Assembly (NCBI GenBank): GCA_950097015.1
Contig: CATNEN010000029.1
Location: 4,898,001 to 4,962,000 of the forward strand
Direction of reading: 5' to 3'
Source of the DNA: Macrostomum hystrix
Taxonomy: Eukaryota > Animalia > Platyhelminthes
DNA length: 64,000 bases
How positions within the stretch are numbered: position 1 is the stretch's first letter; each line of letters opens with the position of its first letter. This document shows positions 10,481-22,549 of the stretch, piece after piece. Made by a program: the position numbers and the translations under genes. The notes below the pieces were generated by a model, which saw only the letters and a list, made by a program, of their open reading frames with translations, made no database searches and was not told the origin of the DNA.

Positions 10481-11505
10481 TTAGTTGTTCTGTGTTTAAA
10501 CTCCCATATCTCTTATGTTTCTTTTGCTCATCTCTCGCAGCATTTTATCAGCTCTTCTAGACAGTGTGTGTCACACCGCTGTCAGGCAGAATAATCTATC
10601 AATAATCAACCGAAGCATTTCTTTACTCGCTGCCACATCATTTGGCTAACAGGTTCTTACATAGGCAGTGTCAGAATCCATAACTGGCAAGCGATATTTC
10701 TTTTGACGACCGAGTGCCTAACTAACGATCCGTGTGCTTGATGAGATTAGCTAGCAATCGATATCGATGGAGTCATTGAATTGTGTCGGCTTCTCATGCG
10801 TCCTCGCGTGTTCTTTGATGTGCCGACATGTCTACTGAGACCATATTATATGATGTAAACCATACACTAGATTCTCATTAGCAGGTGTTTGAACGCCACA
10901 CTCTTGTTAATAATTAATTTGAACTGTTTCATCTGAAGCCTAAATTATTATTAGTATTATTAATGGAGTAAGATGTGAACAAATGCTTGTTCTGTTTGTT
11001 GTACTTTTATTTCCCACCGACACTCCGTTATTGAGCATTCCGTGGACTTCCAGCTACATCAATAATATTTATATGCGATGCTATAAGCGCCAGCTATAAT
11101 ATTATTCCTACTCGAAACACACTTCAGAGTTTCGACTCGCTCTGAGAGTGACACGAAATGGGAGGATGTGCGCAGAGCGAAATCTGAATAGCAGTCCTAT
11201 TAGCTTCCTCCTGCTAGCAGAGAGATTTGAGAATTGTGAGAGAAAATCAGAAATAGTGGCTGGTTGAGTATGCTTGCTTGCTGCTTACACACATCTCCCC
11301 CTTCCTCTCTCCCCCTCTCATCCATTCTTGCCACTCCGCATTCGCTGCTTCCTATGTTTTTTCTAGTCAGTTCTCTCTCATTGGCTGATAGATCCTTCTA
11401 TATATTTGCACAGCGTGGAACTTATATTAACTTCCTCATCTACGATGCCAAGCAGATTTTACCAAACGCGGATTCGAACTCGCAATCGCCTATTCCGTTC
11501 ATCAG

Positions 11506-14500
11506 GCTCCATCAGGGAAGCGATCCCGCAAGAGTGCCAGTGCCGGCAAGAAATCAGCGGCGACAGTTGATGTCGGCGGGTCGGACGGGCTTCAGTACGC
11601 GTCGCAGTATCGTCGGCCTCTGATGGCGGCCCAGTCGCCGTCGCAGGTGTCTAACAGCGACACTGTGCCCAAGAGTGAGCATGTGAGTTGGCTGAAGGCG
11701 CCACTAAGTTTGCTCAAAGATCAGATATGTGTCTGTATTGATCAAGGACCTTTCATGTCTAAAGGATTTCGACGATGATTTAATTTACCAGCGACAGGCG
11801 TAGTAGCAGTGTGAGCTGAGTGCATTTTCTACTGGGCACTAGTGAATCGATAATTTCGTTTGGCATTTATAATAGCATTATCCCATCTAGCCCGGACTGC
11901 CTAAGTCAACTTGCTTTGCCAGCCTAGGCTAATCAAAATCATTAGCTATGAACTCTGCGTAGCTTGTATAGGTAAACTAGCTGTGTGCGGTGTTTGTAGC
12001 CAAGCAGTTATAAAATAGTGAGCGATGGTAGTCAGTTCTGTATCCAGACAGTGTGTATGCCAGATTTGTGTGATAAATCTGTATGTCTAGTTCGACCTGT
12101 GACTTACTGGGGTAGCCTGAAGGTGACTGGTGTAGCCTGAAGGTGACTGGGGTAGCCTGAATGTGACTGGGGTAGCCTGAATGTGACTGGGGTAGCCTGA
12201 ATGTGACTTGTGTAGCCTGAAGGTGACTGGGGTAGCCTGAATGTGACTGGTGTAGCCTGAATGTGACTGGAGTAGCCTGAGTGTGACTGGAGTAGCCTGA
12301 ATGTGACTGGTATAGCCTGAAGGTGACTGGTGTAGCCTGAAGATGACTGGTGTAGCCTGAATGTGACTGGTGTAGCCTGAATGTGACTTGTGTAGCCTGA
12401 AGATGACTGGTGTAGCCTGAAGGTGACTGGGGTAGCCTGAAGATGACTGGTGTAGCCTCAAGGTGACTGGTGTAGCCTGAAGATGACTGGTGTAGCCTGA
12501 ATGTGACTGGTATAGCCTGAAGATGACTGGTGTAGCCTGAAGTGGACTGGTGCTAGTCTGAATTGGACTAGTACGACCTGAGAAGATGGGTGTAGTCTAC
12601 AAAGCATAATTAATTAAACATAAAAGAAACACACAATATAGTAATTATAGTTACAGATCTGCAATCTGGCGTTGTAGAATTATTAGTTGTCGCTTTATCT
12701 GTACAAGTTAGCAATAAATAATTTCGCGATTAACTAAGCTGAAATCCCAATTCTCCCAGGAGGCGCTAATCCGGTCGATCCTGTCGCGCCCGTTCAAAGT
12801 GCCCATACCAAACTATCAGGGCGGCTGCGGCCTAGCCCGGGTTCTGGGCATTCGCCGACAGGCTGGCCGGGCTCCGCTGCACGATCCTCAGGCTGAAGGC
12901 GCCCTGGTGCTGTACGCACCGCCGGAACTGACCGCTCACGAACAGCTGCGCGCTGATCCGGAGAAGGCTCTGGTACACGTTGTTGTAGATCCCGTGCTGA
13001 CTAGAGTCCTTCGGCCGCATCAGCGCGAGGGCGTCAAGTTCATGTACGACTGCGTCACCGGCGTCCAGATTCCAGGCTCTCACGGCTGCATCATGGCAGA
13101 CGAGATGGGCTTGGGTAAGACGCTGCAGTGCGTCACCCTAGTCTGGACTCTGCTGCGCCAGAGTCCCGAGTGCAAGCCGACGGTGGACAAAGCCGTGATT
13201 GTCTGTCCCAGCAGTCTCGTGCGCAACTGGGCCAACGAGTTCAATAAGTGGCTCGGTCAGCGAGTCCGCACCCTGGCTGTGGACAGCGGCGGCAAGGATG
13301 ATATCGACCGCGACCTGGCCGCCTTCATGCAGTCCGTCGGTCGCCGAGTCGCCCACCCGGTGCTCATCATCTCCTACGAGACTTTTCGCCTGCACGCCGC
13401 CGTTCTGCATCGCGGCTCAGTCGGCCTAATCATCTGCGACGAGGGTCACCGACTGAAGAACTCGGAGAATCTCACCTACCAGGCTCTGGCAGCTATGCGA
13501 GTTGAGCGCAGAATCTTACTGTCCGGTACGCCAATTCAAAACGACCTGCTGGAGTACTTTAGCCTGGTGCACTTTGTCAATAGAGGTATTCTGGGCACGG
13601 CCGCCGATTTTCGTCGCCAATACGAGGCGCCAATTCTGCGCGGCCGTGACGCTGGCGCCACCGACGCTGAGAAGGCGCGCGGCGAGGAGCGGCTGAAGGC
13701 GCTGCTGGAGGTGGTGACCCGCTGCATTATTCGGCGCACCCAGGCTCTGCTTACTAAGTTAGTACCTGTTTGGTGAATTCCCTGTTTGAGGAGTTCCCTG
13801 GTTGGGCGATTTCCCTGTTTTGGGAATAACCTATTTAGGGAATTTCCTGTTTTGGAAGTTCCATTTTTAGGGAATTTCCTGTTTGGGGAATTTCCTGTTT
13901 GGTGAATTCTCTCTATGGGGAATTTCCTGTTTTGGGAGTTCCATTTTTAGGGAATTTCCTGTTTGGGGAATTTCCTGTTTGGTGAATTCTCTCTATGGGG
14001 AATTCCCTGTTTTGGGAGTTCCATTTTTAGGGAATTTCCTGTTTAGGGAATTTCCTGTTTGGTGAATTCTCTCTATAGGGAATTCCCTTCATTGAGAATT
14101 ACCTGTTTAGGGAACTACATGTTTTAGGAATTGTCTATTTAGACAATCATTTGGGAACCGGATAATTCACAGTTATTTAGGAATTCCCTGTTTAGGGAAT
14201 TTTCTTTCTTGGGGATTCTTTGAGAATGTTTGTTTAAGTTTAGGGAGAAATTAAAGTTGAATGTAAGGAATTTTTTCGCATCGCGTTTTGGAATTGAAGG
14301 AAAAGCACTTTTATTGCTATATAAAGCTATTTTGAAACCTAGCAAAGCGTTTAAAAACAATCACCAACTTAGTACTTATATACTGCTTTCGATGTCGTTA
14401 TTTTAAGTTGATCAAAACGCGTACCTTGATTAGATTATAGTTTCTGAAGGTAATTTTCTATTGAATTTTCTATACTCTAGGGAAATTTCCTAGATATCTC

Positions 14501-17500
14501 AAGGGAAATCAACGGCACATAGGCTTTCCAACAGAGGGAATTTATTGATGACACTCGCTTTTGTAAATGATTGCTGCCAGAAAAATCTATATTATTACTC
14601 GTAGTAAAGCGCTTACCTCAAAATTCTAAATAATCCTTCAGCACCTCACTCGGTCATTACCGAGTGATCAATCTTTCTTTCAGCACCACCCAATCCTTCA
14701 GCACCACCCAATCCTTCATCACCACCCAATCCTTCATCACCACCCAATCCTTCATCACCACCCAATCTTTCAGCACCACCCAATCCTTCAGCACCACCCA
14801 ATCCTTCATCACCACCCAATCCTTCAGCGCCTCATTCATTTCCACCCAATCCTTCATCATCACCCAATCCTTCAGCACCACCCAATCCTTCAGCACCACC
14901 CAATCCTTTAGCACCACCCAATCCTTCAGCACCACCCAATCCTTCAGCACCACCCAATCCTTCATCACCACCCAATCCTTCAGCACCACCCAATCCTTCA
15001 TCACCACCCAATCCTTCATCACCACCCAATCCTTCAGCGCCTCATTCATTTCCACCCAATCCTTCAGCACCACCCAATCCTTCATCACCACCCAATCTTT
15101 CAGCACCACCCAATCCTTCAGCACCACCCAATCATTCAGCGCCTCAGTCATTATTACTGAATGAAGCAAAGCTCATAACGATGGCCTCTCATTCCATAGG
15201 TACCTGCCGGTGAAGACAGAGCTCGTGGTTAACTGTCGCCTCACGCAGACTCAAGCCGATCTCTACACAGATTTCATTCGCCGCAAATCAGCAGACTGTC
15301 TGCAGTCGGGCAAGTGCGGCATCAGTGCCAGCGCACTCCAAGCTATCGGCACACTCAAGAAGCTGTGCAATCATCCTAGCCTGGCAGACGAGTCCGTGCC
15401 TTTCAATCCGGAACTATCTGGAAAATTCCGCGTTCTTGACGTCCTATTAGCCACGATGAAAGCGACCACATCAGACAAGGTTGTGCTAGTGTCCAACTAT
15501 ACTCAAACTCTGGACCTATTCGAGCGGCTCTGCCGTCACCGCGGCTACCTGTACGTCCGCCTAGACGGCAGCCTGTCAATCAAGAAGCGCGCCAAGCTAG
15601 TTGCTCAGTTCAACAACCCAGCCTCGCCGGAGTTTGTGTTCATGCTCAGCTCAAAGGCCGGCGGCTGCGGCCTCAATCTGATTGGCGCCAACCGGCTAGT
15701 AATGTTTGACCCCGACTGGAACCCGGCTAATGACGACCAGGCCATGGCCAGGTGCCAATCTTACTTGTTCAACTGGTTTTGTTTGTTCATAACTTTCATA
15801 ACTTTATAGCTTTCATTCATAACTTGGGATTTCAGCTCTATGGGAGTCGTAACTTGGGATTTCAGCTCTAGGGGATTCGTAACTTGGGATTTCAGCTCTA
15901 GGGGATTCCTAACTTGGGATTTCAGCTCTAGGGGATTCATAACTTGGGATTTCAGCTTTAAGGGATTTTTAACTAGGGGATTTGTAACTATGGGATTTGT
16001 TTGTTGTTTGTTTACAGCACTTAAGTCCCTGGGCTAGATTCCGCGGCGAGGCTGCAGCCACGGAGCAGAGGCTTTGTAACTTGTCGTGTAAATTAAGCCC
16101 AAAAGGTCAAGCTACCAAGGCACAGTGAGAGTGTACACTGCCTAAGGATGAGAAAGTCGGGGCATATGTACACGCGTGTGAGTGTGTGCCTGCGTACAGT
16201 GTTAGGATTGCCTCTACGAGTGGTAAGTCGTTTGCCTCTCAGTCAATGTTTAGTGTTTTTATAAGTACATCTTGCTTCGTATCTGCAGATCCTGGCGCGA
16301 TGGCCAGGGCAAGGCGTGCTACACCTACCGGTTCATCGCAACTGGCACCATCGAGGAGAAGATTCTGCAACGCCAGGCGCACAAGAAGGCGCTCAGCAGC
16401 TGCGTAGTGGATCAGGAGGACGATGTCGAGCGGCACTTCTCATTAGGCGAGCTGCGCGAGTTGTTCGGCCTGAAGCAGGACACTCTGAGCGAGACTCACG
16501 ACAAGTTCAAATGCCGCCGCTGCGTCAACGGCATTCAGGTCTGCTTCTCCCCTCTGATCCCAATCAGCCCTGCTTCGCAAATCTCCCTTAATCTCGTATG
16601 TCTATCCTACTATAGCCCCAATCTTCCCAACTCTTTATCCTTTGATCCCATTGTTCTCATTTCTTTATACTACTATGATCCCAATGTTTCAATTTCTTCT
16701 ATATTACCGGCATTTTATAATCCCGGTTTTCCCATTCTTAGTCCTACCATGATTCCAATTCTCCATTTTTAGTCCTACTAACGATCCCGATTCTCCCATT
16801 TCTTTGACCTACTATGGTCCCAATTTTCCCATTTCTTAGTCCTACTATGATCCCGATTTTCCCATTCTTTGTCCTTTTATGATCCCTTTTCCCATTTCTT
16901 TATCCAACTATAATTTCGATTTTCCCATTTCTTTGACCTACTGTGATCCCAATTTTCCCATTTCTTCGTCCTACTATGATCACAATTTTCCCATTTCTTA
17001 GTCCTATTATGATCCCAATTGTCCTATTTCTTAGTCCTGCTTTGATCCCAATTTTCCCATTTCTTAGTCCTAACATGATCTCAATTTTCCCATTTCTTCG
17101 TCTACTATGATCTCAATTTTCCCGTTTCTTCGTCCTACTATGATCTCAATTTTCCCATTTCTAAGTCCTACTATGATCTCAATTTTCCCATTTCTAAGTC
17201 CTACTATGATCTCAATTTTCCTATTTCTAAGTCCTACTATGATCCCGGTTTTCCTTTTACTATATCTTTCTATGATCCTAATCTTCGCATTTCTTATTAT
17301 CCTAGCACGGACAGCTCAAATACGCTGATATTAGCAAGCAGTGTTACCCGTGTGTATCATTCCCGCTTCCCTAAATGCCTATCGCTGAAAACTGCAGGTG
17401 AGGCCGCCACCGGAGGGCGCCGACTGCAGCTCGGACCTGAGCCAGTGGCACCATTGCGCCGATAGGAAAACTGTGCCAGATCTCTGCCTAAAGGCCTGCT

Positions 17501-17655
17501 TCGATACCAAATGCATCAGCTTTGTCTATTGGCAGCTTAGCCACGAGGAGGCCGCTAAAACTAGCGAATCAGAGCCTGCCAACGCTGACAACGCCAAGAA
17601 GGAAGCTGACGAGGAAGAGGCTTGTGACCAGGAGGCTGGCTCTGATGATATATAA
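11506..17655 (+). CDS. RAD54L: RAD54-like SNF2 helicase, 5 exons: 11506-11682, 12760-13757, 15200-15751, 16289-16538, 17398-17655
   Basis: [102 protein letters not shown] junction phases agree; total 2235 nt. The 5' end is uncertain (no ATG before 11623). Confidence 0.95.
12100..12560. repeat. 20-bp minisatellite in RAD54 intron 1
   Basis: Unit ATGTGACTGGTGTAGCCTGA. Confidence 0.95.
13770..14130. repeat. 16-bp subunits in an 80-bp higher-order repeat, RAD54 intron 2
   Basis: CCATTTTTAG recurs at 13861, 13941 and 14021; subunit GGGGAATTTCCTGTTT. Confidence 0.9.
14678..15150. repeat. 18-bp minisatellite, RAD54 intron 2
   Basis: Unit CCAATCCTTCAGCACCAC; source of the STTQSF/LKDWVV ORFs. Confidence 0.95.
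15800..15995. repeat. 30-bp minisatellite, RAD54 intron 3
   Basis: Unit AACTTGGGATTTCAGCTCTAGGGGATTCGT. Confidence 0.9.
16020..16200 (+). mobile_element. SINE family 2, degenerate copy in RAD54 intron 3
   Basis: Aligns by eye with the 19330-19592 minus copy (CTTGTCGTG, CCAAGGCACAGTGAGA.TGTACACTGCCT, ATGTACAC); decayed B-box. Confidence 0.7.
16600..17290. repeat. ~33-bp degenerate minisatellite, RAD54 intron 4
   Basis: Consensus TTAGTCCTACTATGATCCCAATTTTCCCATTTC. Confidence 0.9.
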
Positions 17656-18224
17656 TAAAATTATTGTGGATATTTCATTCCCTAATTAGGGGATTTTATT
17701 ATGCGGCTTTGTTAAGTCCCAAAATGTTACCGGTTTCATAATACTGCATTCAACTATATATCAATGCATTTCCTTATATTCCGTTCAATTTTAAGTCTAG
17801 TTTATGTTTATTTATTTCTAAGAAATCAAAGCGTAAATTTGACAGGCAACTACGTGTACGAATTTTTGTTTTTCTATGTTGATTGCGCATTTATCAGAAA
17901 TGAGAAACTGTAAACTAATTCTCTATTTGTTTTTATAAGAGAATCTGCTAAATTGTTTTTTTGGTATTGGCTTCATATTCGTGTTTATGTTTACTTAGTT
18001 TGCGTTTAAACAAAAAACAACATTGCGATGTTCATTGTTAAACTAATAGTTCTTTCTTCTAGACTGCCACTGCTGTTGCAGCTGCCAAATTGGACTCCCA
18101 AGTCTGTTTTTAATGATTTTTATGTGTGACTTGCACACCGTTAAATCGTTACTTTCATTGCTTACTTTCTATTATCTTTTCTCATAGCTATTTTTATATT
18201 TGTCCCTAGATAATCCTAGTTTAA

Positions 18225-18420
18225 TGCTAGGGGATTCGTAACTAGGGATTTCAGCTCTAGGGGATTCGTAACTAGGGGATTTGTAACTAGGGCTTTCAGC
18301 TCTAGGGGATTCGTAACTTATGATTTCACCTCTAGGGGATTCGTAACTAGGGATTTCAGCTCTAGGGGATTTGTAACTATGGATTTCAGCTCTAGGGAAG
18401 TCGTAACTTGGGATTTCAGG
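18225..18420. repeat. 15/30-bp minisatellite, same family as 15800-15995
   Basis: GGATTTCAGCTCTAGGGGATTCGTAACT units in the same orientation. Confidence 0.88.
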
Positions 18421-18522
18421 ATTTGGACTCAGTATTCCCAGAAATTGAAGATTTAGCCATAGACCTGAAATAGTCATTCCACTCCTTCCTCCTCTGCAGT
18501 CTTCGAAGCCACCGTCTCCAGC

Positions 18523-19050
18523 ATGTCAGGCGAACGTCTGGAGGCAACGGCCGGTCTCGCCGACCTAGACGCCGGCGCCACGCCGTCGGCAACATCGTCG
18601 TTAACCACAGCGCCATCGGACAAAGCCTCGGCTGACTTCTTTCTGGCCCTGGTTCTGTCACTACTGGCCATTGTGCTGTTTCTCTTTGCCGCTTTGGTCA
18701 TCGTCTGCTGCCTCTATCGACGCTCCAGCCGACGTCGTCGACGTCGCCGAGACGCTGCTGCTGGCGACGAAGCCGATCCTTATCTGCACGACGCTCTGGT
18801 AACAAAGAAGCACGTGCCTGTGATCTTCGCCGAGGAGTTGGACGACAGTCGACTGTGGCCGCCGCCAGCTGACGATGGTCGCCATGGCGTCTCCGGCGGG
18901 CCGCTGGTGCTGCCAGACGAGAAGCCGCCAGTCAGAATGCCGGATGACACCGAGCTGGACGGAGCCATTGTGCCCGTGCTGCCAGACCTGCCAGTTGGCG
19001 GATTTGAACGGCTTCGATACGGCAATAAGCCCGCTCCGCCGCCACCGTGA
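18523..19050 (+). CDS. single-pass membrane protein with beta-dystroglycan-like TM and cytoplasmic tail, 175 aa
   Basis: TM FFLALVLSLLAIVLFLFAALVIVCCLY, basic stop-transfer RRSSRRRR, then KKHVPVIFAEELDDS...PLVLPDEKPP, which matches the recalled DAG1 tail KKGVPIIFADELDDS...PLILQEEKAP. Confidence 0.8.
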   Translation: MSGERLEATAGLADLDAGATPSATSSLTTAPSDKASADFFLALVLSLLAIVLFLFAALVIVCCLYRRSSRRRRRRRDAAAGDEADPYLHDALVTKKHVPVIFAEELDDSRLWPPPADDGRHGVSGGPLVLPDEKPPVRMPDDTELDGAIVPVLPDLPVGGFERLRYGNKPAPPPP

Positions 19051-19329
19051 TGTGCGGACTTTGCCACCATCCGTTCATCGCCATCGGCCGCTCAAGCAGG
19101 CATTATCTGCGCTTATTCTTGAAGAGTCATCTTCTAATGCACGAGCGACAGAGCTCCTCTACAGCCCACTTGTTAATAGTAATTATGATTTAGAGTAAAG
19201 GAAGAATTTTTTTATTCCGTAAATGTGTAATAAATATATGAATTTTTCTCTACATATCGTCTAGAGTGTGCATTTGAGGCTGGCATGATATGTTCGCTGA
19301 TCGAGACGGCTTGGGGTTGGTCATTGTGT

Positions 19330-19592
19330 TTGCAGGTGGGCTGTGGCACTGGCACATCATTTGTTGACACATTGACACTGCACACAAGGTGTGTACATGT
19401 ACCCTTCGTCAGGCAGTGTACAATCTCACTGTGCCTTGGAGGTTGGCCCTCGAGGGCGTAAATTGCACGACAAGCCGCCAAGCCTCCTCCCACCGCGGCT
19501 GCGCCCCAAATTAATCTGGCCTCGGAATCGAACTTATAGGGACCTTGCTGCGAGAGGCAAACCGTGTTAGACCGCTCTGCAACTCACCCGAA
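19330..19592 (-). mobile_element. SINE family 2, copy with tRNA-like head
   Basis: A-box-like TTGCAGAGCGG and B-box AGTTCGATTCC; body homologous to 16020-16200. Confidence 0.7.
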
Positions 19593-22549
19593 TTCTGCGA
19601 GTTGCTAAACCTTCCACTTAGCCTTCCAATTGACCGCAATTAACCTCTCCGCAAGGATGAGAAAGTCAAAAGTGCAGATGTGCGCACTGTAAGTTTCCTC
19701 CTTAATGCTTGGTAGAATGAAAGTCCTTGATAACAAAACTACTCGTGGTTTGTATTTGTAAATTTATTGTATCTATCATTGTTTTTACCTCTCTAACAAT
19801 GTGTATTGATCGTACTGTTACACTTCCTTGTATTCAATCGCCGATTTAGCTTTCCTGTTTGCTTTTTAATGTGTACTCTTCAATTGATTAAGCTAACTTT
19901 CAGCACGAGAGTGATAAGTTATAAAATGTGACAAAATTTCGACTTGAATGCAAAAAATACACACAAAATTCACCGCTTAGAATTGCATTGCCGCTCTTGT
20001 GTGATCGGTATGGCAAAGGTTGTACTTTTAGCTGTTGCGTTCTATTTTCTGCAGAGTATTAAAGCATATTCTATTAAATGTATATTCCTACTAGGCATTA
20101 TGAAGCGAGTTGCGAGACGAGCATTAACATTCAGATGAGCACAAATTGTCAACAACGCTTCTTCTTATATGTCCCCTAGCCTCAGTGTCCCCTGAGGTAC
20201 TTTCCGCTCAGCGACCGGCTCCCAATCCTATGTGACAGTCTCGTTTCAAACTTTCAATCAACCCAAAGTTGCAGTAATAGAAATATAAAATCAACCTTAT
20301 AATAATTGACATATCCCCACTATTCTACTTGCAGTAGGTAAGCCTACTTGATAGTTTGTGAATAGTTGTTGCTCGCATGATAAAACAACAATTATCTACC
20401 CGTTAGCTTCAGAGGAGCAGCTGTTGTCACAATTACTATATAATTGGCCAAAATTGCTGTAATTCTTCATTTTGTCGATTTAAAAGCTTATTTTGACTCT
20501 AGTTATGTCATCGCACCTGCGCAATAACAAGTACCAACGCCCTAACGAGTAATACTCGCATTGTAGATTTTAATAAGCATATAATAGGCGTCTGGTGCTA
20601 AGAAAATTGTTTTCTACTCATATTTTTATAACTTGATTGAAGCCTAAAGTAATGTATTGTTCTTTTTCACTGACTAGCCTAAGTTTGCTTTCGCTTCGCT
20701 AAATCTTGTTTTGAGTTTTTTACTACTTACGAGCTATTGTCACCTACTACTGTTTTTATCAATAATTACACTTGGGTTTTCTCTATGACCAGCTAATGGC
20801 CAGAAATTTTATTGTCTACACTTTTAAATGTTTATGTCTACATTTTTATCATTTTTATATAAATTATCCGATGGACCAGTTCCTACTGAAGCCTTAACAG
20901 TAGGACTACCAAGCCAGTTTGCCGCCCGTTTTTATACCCCCCTGAAAATGTTTTGCCAGCGCCTGAATGCTTTGGGGGTGACTGATTGGTTGGCAGACTA
21001 GTCGAGGGTGTCCTGTGGTTGAGCTGCGCCTAATAGTTAGGCTTGAACAGTGAAATTGGAGAAATTCGCGTCAGGGTGTCCATAGTGGCCTAGTTCCACC
21101 TGTTGTAGCTCTTGAAGATCTAGATAGATAAGAGAGATACTCGTAGATATATAGATAAAGGTCGGTGACCGCCGAAGTCGGAGATGATGCAAGCACATTC
21201 GGGTGACATGCTGATAAAGTTTGAAGGTCTGGAAAGGCCGCACTGAGGCGCAGTGCAAATTCGTGTATAGGGGTTTATGAAATACACTAGCTCTTATGGG
21301 AAAAATCGGACCTTCGGCCAGAAACATTGAATATCTCGACGGTCTGAAGAGCTGGCGACTTGTTTCTTGTTTCAGAAGATGCGCAACAAAAAGTTGGCCC
21401 GTGTTCTTGAGTTTCGTGTGCTTGCATTGTTCCGTTCGGGTGCAGCAAAAAATTGTCTGGGGGGGGGGGAAATCCCGAAGTAAAAGTTTTCTTAAAGAAA
21501 ATGCTTGCTTGCTTGCTTTAAGAGGTTTTTAAAGATAAAAACACAGATTAGGTGCACAGATTCAGAAACACGCGTCTCACTATATTTTTTCAACAGTATA
21601 GTAAAAAAGCGCAGAAAAAGTCACATTATTCTGCAACGAAGAAAGCAAAATATTTATATATAAAATGAGACTTTTGGGTCTGTTACTCTGATTAGATTTT
21701 CATAAATAGTTGGGTTTTAGGCACACAGCGGATATGATTAGTGCACAGTTTGTCGTTAAAAAAGTTGCTTCTCAAGCAAAGAAATGAAAAAAACAAGCAG
21801 CAAAATTTCTGAGATTAGTTGACAGTTTTTGATGTCAAGCGTTTTTTAGTTTTTTTAGTTCAAGTGTCCAAAAATAAAAGCACCAAATGAAGATTATAAA
21901 ATCTGGCCCTTCAGCCAGAATCCCATTTTTAATCCCAATGCACTAATATTGCCGACTTACATTAAACACAGACAAAGGAATGGTTGAAACAAGCTAAATA
22001 AGGTTTAAAAAGTGCAGATTTAAGAGAGCAACGTAAATATGGGAGTTAGTGAGCTGATCGAGAACATCAGTGAGAGAAAGCCAATGTTTTTACAGTCGAG
22101 CTGTAGTAAAACCGTATTTTTTAAAAGATTTTTTAACCATTTTCACATGGAACTGACACGAAACAGGGATGAAAAAAGTCCAGCCAAAAACATCTGAAAA
22201 GGCAGTATCAACACCGCTACACATCACAGAATCGTAATGCTTAGACTGCACACCCCGCATCACGCGTGCAAGCTGAGTCTGCTAAAATTGTGTAACACTA
22301 ACAAAAATAACTTATTTCACCTAGCGTGAAATTAATGGGCGCCTGCTTTAAACCAAGCTAAAAGTTTAAACAAAAAGCTAAGGTATGTAAATCGAATGCC
22401 AAAAATACGCGACCAGCAGGGGAATGACTTTAAATACGGTGTGAATGAATAAGTTTAACTGATAATGCTAACAAGCATCTAACTCGATTTCCATCAAGTT
22501 TGTTATACCCAGTAGATCAACCATGTGACCAGGCTTAATGGCAGTTATA

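Noticed and set aside
10848-10936. C/D snoRNA-like boxes
   Set aside because: The C box is imperfect (ATGATGT) and there is no terminal stem.
18063-18101. Possible micro-exon upstream of the dystroglycan-like ORF
   Set aside because: Its only donor is weak and phase 0, which does not fit the phase-1 acceptor at 18500.
19520-19592. tRNA-like sequences here and at 27305, 31350, 34600, 35180 and 37830
   Set aside because: They lack complete acceptor stems and continue into shared repeat bodies, so they are SINE heads rather than tRNA genes.
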